A stretch of 64,000 nucleotides of DNA from an uncultured cyanobacterium (GTDB taxonomy: Bacteria > Cyanobacteriota > Cyanobacteriia > Cyanobacteriales > Nostocaceae), in NCBI GenBank assembly GCA_963740315.1, contig CAVUDP010000002.1, forward strand, positions 416,001 through 480,000, written 5' to 3'. The position numbers and the translations under genes are program-made. Below are positions 43,906 to 53,465 of this stretch, piece after piece (position 1 is the first letter of the stretch; each line of letters starts with the position of its first letter). The notes below the pieces were generated by a model. The model did not search any database. It was given only the letters and a program-made list of their open reading frames with translations, and had not been told where the DNA came from.

Positions 43906-46020
43906 TTATCCGACTTGGGCGGTGTAGGGACTTGTTAATTTATCCAATTGCTGTACTAGCAAGCTGAGGAATAATCCTACATCTGTGACTACACCAACTG
44001 ATTCTACGGAACCGCGATCGCTCAATTTTGTTACTACTGCTGGGTTGATATCTACGCAAACCATTTTTACTCCGGCAGGTGTCATGTTCCCTACTCCGAT
44101 GGAATGCAGCATGGTTGATAGCATTAATACCATATCGGCTCCCTTCAGTAGTTCTGCGTACTCTTCCTGTGCTTTAATTAAATCCATTTGGGTATCGGGT
44201 AAGGGACCGTCATCCCGAATGGAACCGGCGAGGGCAAAGGGTATGCTATTTCTAACGCATTCGTACATCACGCCTTTTTGAATCATTCCCGCCTGTACGG
44301 CTTTGGCAATGCTACCGTGACGGCGAACGCTGTTGATGGCTTTGAGGTGGTGCCGATGTCCCCCGCGTACCGAAACACCCCGCTTCATGTCTACGCCCAA
44401 GGATGTCCCCATCATTGATTGCTCGATGTCGTGAACGGCGATCGCGTTTCCACCTAATAGCGCCTGTACGTATCCTTCTCTTACCAATTGTGATAAATGC
44501 TCGCCGCCGCCGGTATGTATAACTACCGGACCTGCCGTCACGATAACTTTACCCCCGGCATCCCTAATTTTACGTAATTCCCAAGCAACTTGTTCCACAA
44601 TTAATTCTACGCGGCGTTCGCTGGAAACACCCGCAGACATAAAGCTGAATTCCTCGGTGTGGCGTTTTTCCCGCGATTCGGTTTTGCGGATGGTGCGGAT
44701 ACCTTGTACGTCTACAACTACTTTTTCTCCTGCTTCTAAGTCGCGCAGTATTTTACACCGGGCTGTAATTCCTGCGGGAGTTTCGGAAATTGCGATCGCG
44801 CCATCCATACGCTGCAAATCTACTTTTATCCATTCACCATTTATCCGCACTTCGGTAGGATATATAGTACTAACGTAAAAATCATCCGGCGCGACTCCGT
44901 TTTGAATTACGGGTTGAAGCTTAGCATCTTGCTCATCTTCTGGTAAATTCATCGCACCCAAATCAATTAAAAGGGATACAATGCTTTCCATAACTTCATG
45001 GGAAGGTGCGGAAACTTTCACCTCAGCAGCAGAAGTGCTTTGACGCTGTTCTCCCAAAAGGAAATTTTGTACTTTGAAGCTACCGCCATTATCTATAATT
45101 AAATCCAAGGCGCGGTTAATTAAGCCGGAATCGAGTAAATGTCCTTCCATGCGGACAACTTTAGTTTCTACGTAGGTGTTAGCGTGTAATTCTTCTCTTA
45201 CAGGTTCGTTTACTCGTAAAGTTAAGCATTTAGCCGCACCCCCGGCTTTGAGAAATTCGGTAAGCGGCGTTTCAATCGTTTCAAAACCAGCTTTCGCCAA
45301 ACGTTTTTTCAGCGCATCGGAAGCCTTATTCATCACCACAATGCTTTCTATATTCACCGCGTTACAAGCGAAATTTACCGCATCTGTTTCTTCGATGGCA
45401 ATGCGTTTTTCCGATGCGACTCGCATTTCAATCAAGCGGTTGGAATAAGCATCAAAAGCGCCGGGATAGTAAAGTAAATAGCCATTTGCTAAAGGACAAA
45501 AGCAGGTATCGAGATGATAGAAGCGATCGTCAATTAAACGTAAAGATAATACTTCAATATCCAACCATTTCGCCAGAAAAGGGTGAGAATCCAATTCCGA
45601 ACGAAAACCGTAACCAGCCCATAGCCAACGCCCTTCGCGATCTAAAAGTGCATCACCCGCACCTTCAAAAGGTAAATCTTTGGGTAATTCATAAACATTA
45701 AAGCCATTTTCTTCAAACCATGCTTTGAAATAAGGCTCCTCTTTTTGACGCTCTTTATGAAAAAAGCGACTCAATACCGCATTATCACCCAAAACCAAGC
45801 CAGCATTAGCGGTAAAAACCATATCGGGAACACCTTTATGTGGTTTTACCAAATCAACGATCGCATGTTCCTTAAGCACGTGATGTAATTTTTGCCACTG
45901 TTGCACCGCACGCTCTTGAGATGACTTATGAATATTCCCTTCCATCCAGGGATTAATCACATAGTCCACATCATAATATTCCGGGGCACACATCAAAAAG
46001 CGGATTTGAGAAGTTGTCAT
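43906..46020 (-). CDS. argZ: Arginine dihydrolase ArgZ/AgrE (amidinotransferase fold + LOR/SDH domains)
   Basis: YVINPWM, PDMVFTAN, FEGAGD, FYHLDT, GGAAKCLT, then GNAIAVHDIE, LAGSIRDDGPLP; 704 aa. Confidence 0.93.
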   Translation of the reverse strand: MTTSQIRFLMCAPEYYDVDYVINPWMEGNIHKSSQERAVQQWQKLHHVLKEHAIVDLVKPHKGVPDMVFTANAGLVLGDNAVLSRFFHKERQKEEPYFKAWFEENGFNVYELPKDLPFEGAGDALLDREGRWLWAGYGFRSELDSHPFLAKWLDIEVLSLRLIDDRFYHLDTCFCPLANGYLLYYPGAFDAYSNRLIEMRVASEKRIAIEETDAVNFACNAVNIESIVVMNKASDALKKRLAKAGFETIETPLTEFLKAGGAAKCLTLRVNEPVREELHANTYVETKVVRMEGHLLDSGLINRALDLIIDNGGSFKVQNFLLGEQRQSTSAAEVKVSAPSHEVMESIVSLLIDLGAMNLPEDEQDAKLQPVIQNGVAPDDFYVSTIYPTEVRINGEWIKVDLQRMDGAIAISETPAGITARCKILRDLEAGEKVVVDVQGIRTIRKTESREKRHTEEFSFMSAGVSSERRVELIVEQVAWELRKIRDAGGKVIVTAGPVVIHTGGGEHLSQLVREGYVQALLGGNAIAVHDIEQSMMGTSLGVDMKRGVSVRGGHRHHLKAINSVRRHGSIAKAVQAGMIQKGVMYECVRNSIPFALAGSIRDDGPLPDTQMDLIKAQEEYAELLKGADMVLMLSTMLHSIGVGNMTPAGVKMVCVDINPAVVTKLSDRGSVESVGVVTDVGLFLSLLVQQLDKLTSPYTAQVG

Positions 46021-46080
46021 AAGTAAGTACCTTCGGAGGAGTCAACTTGTTTATTTTATTACTCTAAGCGAGTAAGCAGT

Positions 46081-46307
46081 GGATGGGGGGATGGGGGGAT
46101 GGGGAGATGGGGAGATGGGGAGATGGGGAGATAGGGAGATGGGGAGATGGGGGGATGGGGAGATGGGGAGATGGGGAGATAGGGGGATGGGGAGATGGGG
46201 AGATGGGGAGATGGGGAGATGGGGAGATGGGGAGATGGGGAGATAGGGGGATGGGGAGATGGGGAGATGGGGAGATAGGGGGATGGGGAGATGGGGAGAT
46301 GGGGAGA
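46081..46307. repeat. ~28 tandem GGGGAGAT-type octamers
   Basis: Read directly; lies between the divergent argZ and GAF genes. Confidence 0.95.
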
Positions 46308-46472
46308 ATATTTCAAATAAACCTTTAACATGCAGACCTTTGACATGCAGACCTACTTCATTAGATATATTTCTAATTTTAAAATAGTATTATTGAAAGA
46401 CGAATTTAATAAAGTGATTGTTAATATACCACTATTGAACATAACTATTACTCAACTGGTAATATTAAAACG

Positions 46473-46988
46473 GTGACAAAGAATTTTAACCAAAGTTTTG
46501 ACCGTGGTCTACATAAAGTACTCAATCGGTTAAATACAACATTAGAACGAGATAATTTAATTATAGAAACAACTAACCGCCTGCGAAATACGCTTTGCGT
46601 GGATAGGGTAGTTTTATATTATTTTTATTCTCAGTGGGATGGACAAGTAACTTTTGAATGTTTGAGTTTATCAGAATTATCTATTCTTGGTTCTACTGGT
46701 CCGGATGAGTGTTTTAATAATGAGTACGCTGCTTTATATCTGGAAGGAAGAGTACGGGCAATTTCGGATATTGAATCTGAACCTATTGCTGATTGTCACC
46801 GCGATTTTTTACGTAATTTAGGCGTTCGCGCTAATTTAGTTGTACCTATTTTAACTAAGAAAGGGTTATGGGGTTTGCTAATAGCTCATCATTGCCAAGC
46901 ACCTCGTGTATGGACTCCATCAGATGTTCAAATGATGCAGGCTGACGCTGAAAATTTATCTCAGGCTGCTTCTATTCGTGACTCTTAG
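46473..46988 (+). CDS. Stand-alone GAF protein, DXCF-type cyanobacteriochrome
   Basis: DRVVLYYF, DECF (DXCF), Y..GRV..ISDI, DCHRDFL (bilin Cys-His), VRANLVVPI, LWGLLIAHHC..PRVW. Confidence 0.8.
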   Translation: MTKNFNQSFDRGLHKVLNRLNTTLERDNLIIETTNRLRNTLCVDRVVLYYFYSQWDGQVTFECLSLSELSILGSTGPDECFNNEYAALYLEGRVRAISDIESEPIADCHRDFLRNLGVRANLVVPILTKKGLWGLLIAHHCQAPRVWTPSDVQMMQADAENLSQAASIRDS

Positions 46989-47335
46989 ATGTTTGGGCAT
47001 GGGGCATGGGGCTACCTCCCACCTCCGGTGAATGGGCATGGGGCATGGGTAACAGTGAAAAGAAGTAATCTAAAATGCCTGAAACATTATATTTCCCCTT
47101 ATCGCTGCGTAAGTCTTATTCAAATATTTTGTATAACTTATTATTAATTATTTTCAATGCCCTATTACCTATTCCCTATTGCCTATTTTATATAACTTAG
47201 TTGAAAAATTAAAGATTATACCAATTACTGAGAGTAAAGAGATACGGCACTACAAAAAACATACATACAAAATGTTAACTTGGGAAATTGTAACTTAGTT
47301 ACTTTGACCCAGTTTTTTTTAGGAAATATTACTCA

Positions 47336-48262
47336 ATGCCCTATCTTAATTCAGCATCGGAAATAAGTTCTCTTGTTGCTAAATATACTAAAAGTAAAAC
47401 TATTTGGTTAGATACGGAAATTGCCGATTATGATACTCGCAATCCTCGACTATCGCTGATTCAAGTTTTGGATGACTGTACGGATTTAACTGGAGAAAGT
47501 GTTTATATTTTGGATGTTCTGGAACAACCAGATGTTGTTGATGAATTTATAGAAAAAATCATGATAAATTCATCAATAGAAAAGGTATTTCATAATGCTA
47601 AATTTGATTTAAGGTTTTTAGGCAAAAAGAAAGCTAAAAATGTTACTTGCACTTTAGAAATGGCGAAACAAGTACCATACTATATTTTACCTTTGCCTAA
47701 CTATAAACTGAAGACTTTGGCAACGTCACTTTGTAATTTTCAAGATATTGATAAGCAGCAACAAACCAGCGATTGGGGAATTAGACCATTAACTGAAGAA
47801 CAAATTGAATATGCTTATCTTGACTGCATTATTTTGGCTCAAGTTCATTTACGTTTATTAGAAATAACTCAAAAGATAAACTTTGATGCTGCTACAGTTG
47901 ATTTAAGTTTACTTAGTGCAAAATATGTTGAATTGGAACAGCAGTGGAAGTTGTTAAAATCGGAGTTTGAGCAACTGCAAGAGCAAGTTAAACAAGCAAT
48001 GATCGCTCAAAATGTATCTGAAACCCCGTATTTTAAACTTAATAGCTACGAACGTACAACAACTAAAGTGCCATTTTCCGAACTGGTACGGTTGGTAGAA
48101 ACCCAAAATGTAAATTTAGATTTTGATATTACCCTGACAAAGGATATTCAAAAGAATTTAGGTGATAATATCGAGCAACTTGCTGTAGATATATCGAAAA
48201 CGAACACTTGGCGATTAACTTCTAAGCAAACCGATAGTGATATTGAAGAATCAGCATATTAA
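47336..48262 (+). CDS. RNase D-like DEDDy 3'-5' exonuclease with C-terminal extension
   Basis: WLDTE, LSLIQV, KVFHNAKFD, SDWGIRPLTEEQIEYAYLD. Confidence 0.85.
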   Translation: MPYLNSASEISSLVAKYTKSKTIWLDTEIADYDTRNPRLSLIQVLDDCTDLTGESVYILDVLEQPDVVDEFIEKIMINSSIEKVFHNAKFDLRFLGKKKAKNVTCTLEMAKQVPYYILPLPNYKLKTLATSLCNFQDIDKQQQTSDWGIRPLTEEQIEYAYLDCIILAQVHLRLLEITQKINFDAATVDLSLLSAKYVELEQQWKLLKSEFEQLQEQVKQAMIAQNVSETPYFKLNSYERTTTKVPFSELVRLVETQNVNLDFDITLTKDIQKNLGDNIEQLAVDISKTNTWRLTSKQTDSDIEESAY

Positions 48263-48478
48263 GCATGAAACGAATGCTTAAAAAATGTCAGTTTGTTTAC
48301 TGGTTTAGCTGTAGTATCGAGGTAAAAAATAAAAGGTAAAATGTAAACAAATTTGCCACAAAAATCGTGCAAAAATAGTCACTATAGCTAAAAGGAGTCA
48401 ATTTTAGAAAAAGTTAAGAAAAATGAATTTTTTATATATAAATGTCAAAGTTGTGGGTGTGTTGATAAAAAGTGACTT

Positions 48479-49315
48479 ATGAAACAGTGGTTGTTCGAGC
48501 AAAATTTGACAGGAGTTTCCAAAATTAGTGTAGCCTTGTTGAGTGGATTTATGGCAACTGTAACTGTTTCTTGCAGCAACGATAAAGACTTATTAGTTAC
48601 AGAAATAGGAGTAAGTCCCGCATTAAATCCGGTTGCCAATCCATCGACTGCTAAGGAATTTTACGCACAGGGACAGTATAAGCATATTCAGGGTGATACC
48701 CAGGGTGCGATCGCAGCTTATACACAAGCCATTACACTCGATCCCAACTACGTTGCAGCTTTGAACGGCAGAGGTTTAGTACAGTTTGACACCGGAGACA
48801 GACAAGGTGCGATCGCCGATTACAATGAAGCGCTTCGTATCAGCCCCGACAATGCTCAAGCGTATAACAATCGGGGAAATGCACGCGCCGCCCAAGGTGA
48901 TGCAAAGGGTGCAATTAACGATTACAACCAAGCCATAACTTTAGATGCCGATTATGCCGAAGCGTATAATAATCGTGGAAACGCTCGCGCCGCAGAAGGA
49001 GATAGAAACGAGGCTATAGCAGATTACACCCAAGCCATTAACCTCAAATCTAACTATGCCGTTGCTTACAATAATCGGGGAAACGCTCGTGCCGCTCAAG
49101 GAGACAAAGAAGGTGCGATCGCAGATTACAACGAAGCCATTCGCCTCAATCCCAACTTTGGTGCAGCTTATAATAACCGGGGAAATGCTCGTGTAGAATT
49201 AGGAGATAAAGATGCTGGTTTAGCAGACTTGCAGCGAGCAGCAGAAATTTTTCAAGAACAAAATAACCAGCAGCTATACAAGCAGGTTATGGAAAATGTA
49301 AAGGAAAGTCAGTAA
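48479..49315 (+). CDS. TPR-repeat putative lipoprotein
   Basis: Lipobox-like TVSC; several AYNNRGNARAAxGD..GAIADY repeats. Confidence 0.88.
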   Translation: MKQWLFEQNLTGVSKISVALLSGFMATVTVSCSNDKDLLVTEIGVSPALNPVANPSTAKEFYAQGQYKHIQGDTQGAIAAYTQAITLDPNYVAALNGRGLVQFDTGDRQGAIADYNEALRISPDNAQAYNNRGNARAAQGDAKGAINDYNQAITLDADYAEAYNNRGNARAAEGDRNEAIADYTQAINLKSNYAVAYNNRGNARAAQGDKEGAIADYNEAIRLNPNFGAAYNNRGNARVELGDKDAGLADLQRAAEIFQEQNNQQLYKQVMENVKESQ

Positions 49316-49421
49316 AATCAATTATCGGCGATCGATTAAGTAAGTCGGCGTGAATAAATATAATTGACTTATAAAAGGCGATTCGCGGCTTTGTTGCGAT
49401 CGCGATCGTAATTGTTAGTCA

Positions 49422-49576
49422 CTAGTACGGAGCCACATTAATTTTGACAGGTTTGTAGTAAGGGCTTAAGCCCTAAATCAGGTTTGTAGTAAGGGCTTAA
49501 GCCCCAAATCCGGAGGCGAGTACAGCGCTTACTACGAACCTTTTTACCCCTCAGAATTAATGTGGCTCCGTACTAG
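49422..49576. mobile_element. 155-bp MITE with perfect 22-bp terminal inverted repeats
   Basis: CTAGTACGGAGCCACATTAATT (49422-49443) / AATTAATGTGGCTCCGTACTAG (49555-49576); internal 31-bp tandem duplication. Confidence 0.85.
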
Positions 49577-49709
49577 GGAAACAATTGATAATTGTTCATT
49601 GATAATTGATAATTGATACAAAGTATAGAGAAAACTTGATAATCGATCGCTCTGGGATATATAACAAGTCTGTAATTGCAAAACCCTGCCGTTTTCACTT
49701 CTCAATACC

Positions 49710-49901
49710 ATGACTCAAACTACCGTTCATTTAGTTGTTGGCATTGAAAAACTGACATTATTGGTTTATTACACCGAAGCAATGGAATGGCAATTTAGAA
49801 TCATAAGTTCTGGTGGAGAAGTGTTTGGTGAAAGGAAATTATACTATACACCCGAAGCAGCGGAAAAAGCAGCGCGTGAGTGGCTTTCGTGGGGAGATTG
49901 A
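49710..49901 (+). CDS. Small hypothetical protein
   Basis: 63-aa ORF, WQFRII..GEVFGERKLYYTPEAAEKAAREW. Confidence 0.6.
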   Translation: MTQTTVHLVVGIEKLTLLVYYTEAMEWQFRIISSGGEVFGERKLYYTPEAAEKAAREWLSWGD

Positions 49902-49929
49902 AGGGAAATTAGTAAATTAAAATTAGAAT

Positions 49930-51906
49930 TTATTCATATCGCCAAACTTTAATAGTTTTATCGTCGCTACCGCTAAATAAAGTTCGCCCATCGGGACTAA
50001 AAGCAAGGGAATTAACTTTAGCTGAATGTCCGGTTAAAGTAGATATTTCCTGCTTTGTATTCATATCCCATAACTTGATATCATTGTTGTCGCTACTACT
50101 AGCAAGAATCTTTCCGTCTGGACTAAAAGTAACGTAGCTAACGCCACTGCTATAACCTTCAAGGGAATAAATTTCTTGTCCGGTACTTACTTCCCAAAAC
50201 CTTACAGTTCGGTCGTTGTTACCAGTGGCAATAGTTTTTCCATCAAGGCTAAAAGCTACAGAATTAACTTTAGAAGAAGTACGAAGAGTATTAACTATTT
50301 TACCCGTAGTTAATTCCCAAATTATGGCTCTTGTGTCAGCACTACCGCTAACAATAAATTTACCATCTGGGTCAATCGCAACACTGCTCACCCATCTATC
50401 ATGACCTATGAGAGTATGAATTTTCAAACCCGTATTTACGTTCCACAACCTTACTGTTTTATCGCTACCAGCACTAGCAATCATTCGACCATCTGAGCTA
50501 AAACTTAAGGAACTAACTCCAGCAAATAAACCTGTATGTCCTTTAATAAAGTGAATTTGTTTACCCGAATTTACATCCCAAAGTAGAATATTGTTTGCGG
50601 AATCACCGCTGGCAATAATCAACCCATTTGGACTAAAAGCAACAGCATTAATCGGGTAGTCACTGCAATGAGTCCGAATTAATTTACCAGTCTTGATGTT
50701 CCATAGTTTTGTCGCACAGTAATCGCTGCTACTAGCAAGAATCACTCCATCTGAGCTAATATCAATAGAATTTATAGCAGCGGCATGGTGATGCAGCGTG
50801 TTAATACATTTCCAACCAGAATCTGATTTTTTAAGAGTAGAAGAATTTTGTATTTTTTCAGTATTCGTATAATTAAAATCTTGCTTATTATCAACAGCAA
50901 ATTCTGGTAAATAGTTACTTTTTCTATTAATTTTAAATGCCAACTGGTTATTTTGAGGCTGGTTATTTAGAAAATTATTAATTCTCAACTGTTTATCTTC
51001 AATTTGGTTATTGTTAGAAGAATATGTTTTTGGAGGATTAATATCTTTTAATATTTCAGTTGCGGATTGATAGCGGCGACTGGTGGCATTTTCAATAAGT
51101 TTATCTAAAATATTACCAAGTCGATCGCCAACTTGATTATTAACTAAATATTGTCGCCATACCCAGGTATATTCGGAAATATCAAATAAATCAAAAGGAG
51201 AAATTCCTGTTAATAAATAAATACAGGTTGTTCCCAAACTATATAAATCGCTGCTGTAAATAGCTTTACCTCTCGATTGTTCCGGTGCAACAAATTCCGG
51301 TGTACCGATACTAGTTCCCGTTTGTAATATTGCGGTTCCCGTAACAACTTTAGCGGCTCCAAAATCTACTAAAAATAATTGTCCGTTTTTGCTACGAATA
51401 ATATTTTCTGGTTTAATATCTCGATGAATAACGTCTTGATTATGAATATATTCGAGTACGGGTAATAAACTATTTAATAACTCCCATATTTGTGCTTCTT
51501 TAAAAGTGCCTTGTTCTTTTAATATCTCTGCTAAATCATAGCCATCAATATATTCTTGGACTAAATACTGATGTTCTTCTTGAGTTAGATAGTCTAATAA
51601 ATTGGGTATTTGATTGTGTTTGCCTAAATTATTCAGTCTTAAAGCTTCCTGCTTAAATAATTCAGCAGCTTTTTCGGTGTTATTAGTACCTTGAGCCATT
51701 AAAAGAAACTGCTTAATAACGCAGGGTGGTTTCAAAGGTTTGGTTTCATCTACAGCCAATAAAGTTCTACCAAAGCCACCTTGCCCAATTGATTTGATAG
51801 CCCGATAGCGTTGTTTTAATAGCAGTGCAGTACCGCAAATCACGCAAGATTGAGCATTCTTTTGATTTTGGGGTTTCTGACAATGGGGATTTAGACAATA
51901 ACTCAT
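49930..51906 (-). CDS. Ser/Thr protein kinase with N-terminal 4-Cys motif and C-terminal WD40 propeller
   Basis: MSYCLNPHC..C..CG, GQGGFG, HRDIKPEN, DFG, APEQ; ~7 WD40 repeats. Confidence 0.95.
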   Translation of the reverse strand: MSYCLNPHCQKPQNQKNAQSCVICGTALLLKQRYRAIKSIGQGGFGRTLLAVDETKPLKPPCVIKQFLLMAQGTNNTEKAAELFKQEALRLNNLGKHNQIPNLLDYLTQEEHQYLVQEYIDGYDLAEILKEQGTFKEAQIWELLNSLLPVLEYIHNQDVIHRDIKPENIIRSKNGQLFLVDFGAAKVVTGTAILQTGTSIGTPEFVAPEQSRGKAIYSSDLYSLGTTCIYLLTGISPFDLFDISEYTWVWRQYLVNNQVGDRLGNILDKLIENATSRRYQSATEILKDINPPKTYSSNNNQIEDKQLRINNFLNNQPQNNQLAFKINRKSNYLPEFAVDNKQDFNYTNTEKIQNSSTLKKSDSGWKCINTLHHHAAAINSIDISSDGVILASSSDYCATKLWNIKTGKLIRTHCSDYPINAVAFSPNGLIIASGDSANNILLWDVNSGKQIHFIKGHTGLFAGVSSLSFSSDGRMIASAGSDKTVRLWNVNTGLKIHTLIGHDRWVSSVAIDPDGKFIVSGSADTRAIIWELTTGKIVNTLRTSSKVNSVAFSLDGKTIATGNNDRTVRFWEVSTGQEIYSLEGYSSGVSYVTFSPDGKILASSSDNNDIKLWDMNTKQEISTLTGHSAKVNSLAFSPDGRTLFSGSDDKTIKVWRYE

Positions 51907-51934
51907 ACTGAGAAGCTAGGTAAAATATACACTA

Positions 51935-51943
51935 AGTATTCCC
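51935..51943 (-). promoter_or_regulatory. Putative SigJ J-Box (GGGAATACT)
   Basis: AGTATTCCC on + strand, 28 nt upstream of the kinase ATG; matches the GGGaAtacT consensus from Nostoc punctiforme. Confidence 0.6.
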
Positions 51944-52122
51944 TGGATTGCGCGATTGCTAACAAAGGGATGGGGAGAGGGGGAGATGCGGGGATGGGGA
52001 GACAAGGGGAGAAGGAGATAAAAAGAATTTTAACCTTTAACCTTAATTACTCCTCACTCCTAACTCCATCTTATTAGGTATAAAGTAGGTGTGAATAATC
52101 ATGATCTTGAGGCACAATTCGT

Positions 52123-52599
52123 ATGACATCTTACCAAACCGATTCGGAAAGCGAGGAAACAATGAACGATGTGATCACAGAAACGGAAACCATCAACCAT
52201 GTAGAGGTAATTGAAAACGTTATCGATACGCTGGAAGAAAACGATAGCGCAATGGTTAGTCACCCGAATGACGGTACTTATCTATGGAAATTTAAGTACG
52301 GTAGCGTGGAAGTGTTTGTCCGATTGACGGGTACAACTGATGAAGATATAATCACAATTTGGTCTTCTGTATTAAAGTTACCCGCAAAAGACGAAGCTAC
52401 AATGATGCGGCATATTTTGCAGATGAACTGTTCGGGTACTTTGGAATCGCGTTTCGGTATTATAGATAACCAAGTTGTGGTGATTACAACACGTACTTTG
52501 GAAGATTTATCTGCTGCGGAAGTTTCTCGTTTAATTACCATCGTCGCGACGATCGCCGATGATAATGACGAAGATTTACAAGCAAAGTTTGGCAACTAA
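52123..52599 (+). CDS. YbjN/CesT-like domain protein
   Basis: LWKFKYGSVEVFV, SRFGII, SRLITIVATIADDNDE. Confidence 0.8.
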   Translation: MTSYQTDSESEETMNDVITETETINHVEVIENVIDTLEENDSAMVSHPNDGTYLWKFKYGSVEVFVRLTGTTDEDIITIWSSVLKLPAKDEATMMRHILQMNCSGTLESRFGIIDNQVVVITTRTLEDLSAAEVSRLITIVATIADDNDEDLQAKFGN

Positions 52600-52645
52600 C
52601 AGTGACCAGTGACCAGTGACCAGTAAACAGTGACCAGTTATCAGT
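52599..52645. repeat. STRR heptamer tract (CAGTGAC/CAGTAAA/CAGTTAT)
   Basis: Read directly. Confidence 0.8.
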
Positions 52646-52742
52646 TTTTAGGTAACTGGTTGCTTTTGTAAATAATGGTGATACAAATATTAATGGTTTG
52701 TAATGCTAATTTATCTATCAACTACCAACTAACTACTAAATT

Positions 52743-53459
52743 TTGATTTCTCAAACTTGGCGATTAATTCCGTTTTTGGAAGCGAATGGTGAATTACAGA
52801 TGGCGATCGATGAATGGTTGTTAAAACAGCATCAATCGGGACATTCGCCTATTTTGCGTTTTTATACTTGGTCGCCTTCGGCAATTTCTCTTGGTTATCA
52901 TCAGCGCAAGTATCCAGAAGATTGGCAAAATTTAATTTGGGAAAACGAGCAAATAGACTTAGTACGCCGTCCGACTGGGGGACGTGCGGTGTTGCATCAT
53001 GGTGACTTAACTTACGCTGTGGTGGCTTCTGGGTTTTCTAATAGTAGGATGGAAGCGTATAAAAAGATATGCGAGTTTTTGATTCAAGGATGGCGTAATT
53101 TAGGTATTGAGTTGAATTACGGTACTGCTGGCAGGGGTTATATCAACAATCCTAACTGTTTTGGTACGGCGACGGGTGCGGATTTGGTAACTGTTGATGG
53201 TAATAAGTTGATTGGTAGCGCTCAATTAAGACGTGGTGATGCAATTTTGCAACATGGCTCGATGCGGTTGAAACCGGATAAGGAATTATTTAAAAAGGTT
53301 TTTGGTGAAGAGTTATTTGATGGGGTAGTGGTTGAAAAAGATTTGGAAATTGAAAAAATAATTACTGTTTTAGTTGATGCTGCTAGAGATTGTTTTGGAG
53401 TAGAGTTTGAGGAAAGAGGTTTCAGTGATGATGAGTGGGAAGAGATTTTGAGAATTTAG
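52743..53459 (+). CDS. Lipoate-protein ligase A / LipM-like family protein
   Basis: MAIDEWLL, LRFYTW, VRRPTGGRAVLH, KLIGSAQ, LQHGS. Confidence 0.88.
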   Translation: MISQTWRLIPFLEANGELQMAIDEWLLKQHQSGHSPILRFYTWSPSAISLGYHQRKYPEDWQNLIWENEQIDLVRRPTGGRAVLHHGDLTYAVVASGFSNSRMEAYKKICEFLIQGWRNLGIELNYGTAGRGYINNPNCFGTATGADLVTVDGNKLIGSAQLRRGDAILQHGSMRLKPDKELFKKVFGEELFDGVVVEKDLEIEKIITVLVDAARDCFGVEFEERGFSDDEWEEILRI

Positions 53460-53465
53460 CTAGAA

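Noticed and set aside
43985..45701. Several plus-strand ORFs inside argZ, and similar short antisense or alternate-frame ORFs in other long genes
   Set aside because: Shadow ORFs with no independent coding evidence
46059..46346. ORFs 46059-46346 (-) and 46083-46328 (+)
   Set aside because: Low-complexity translations of the octamer repeat
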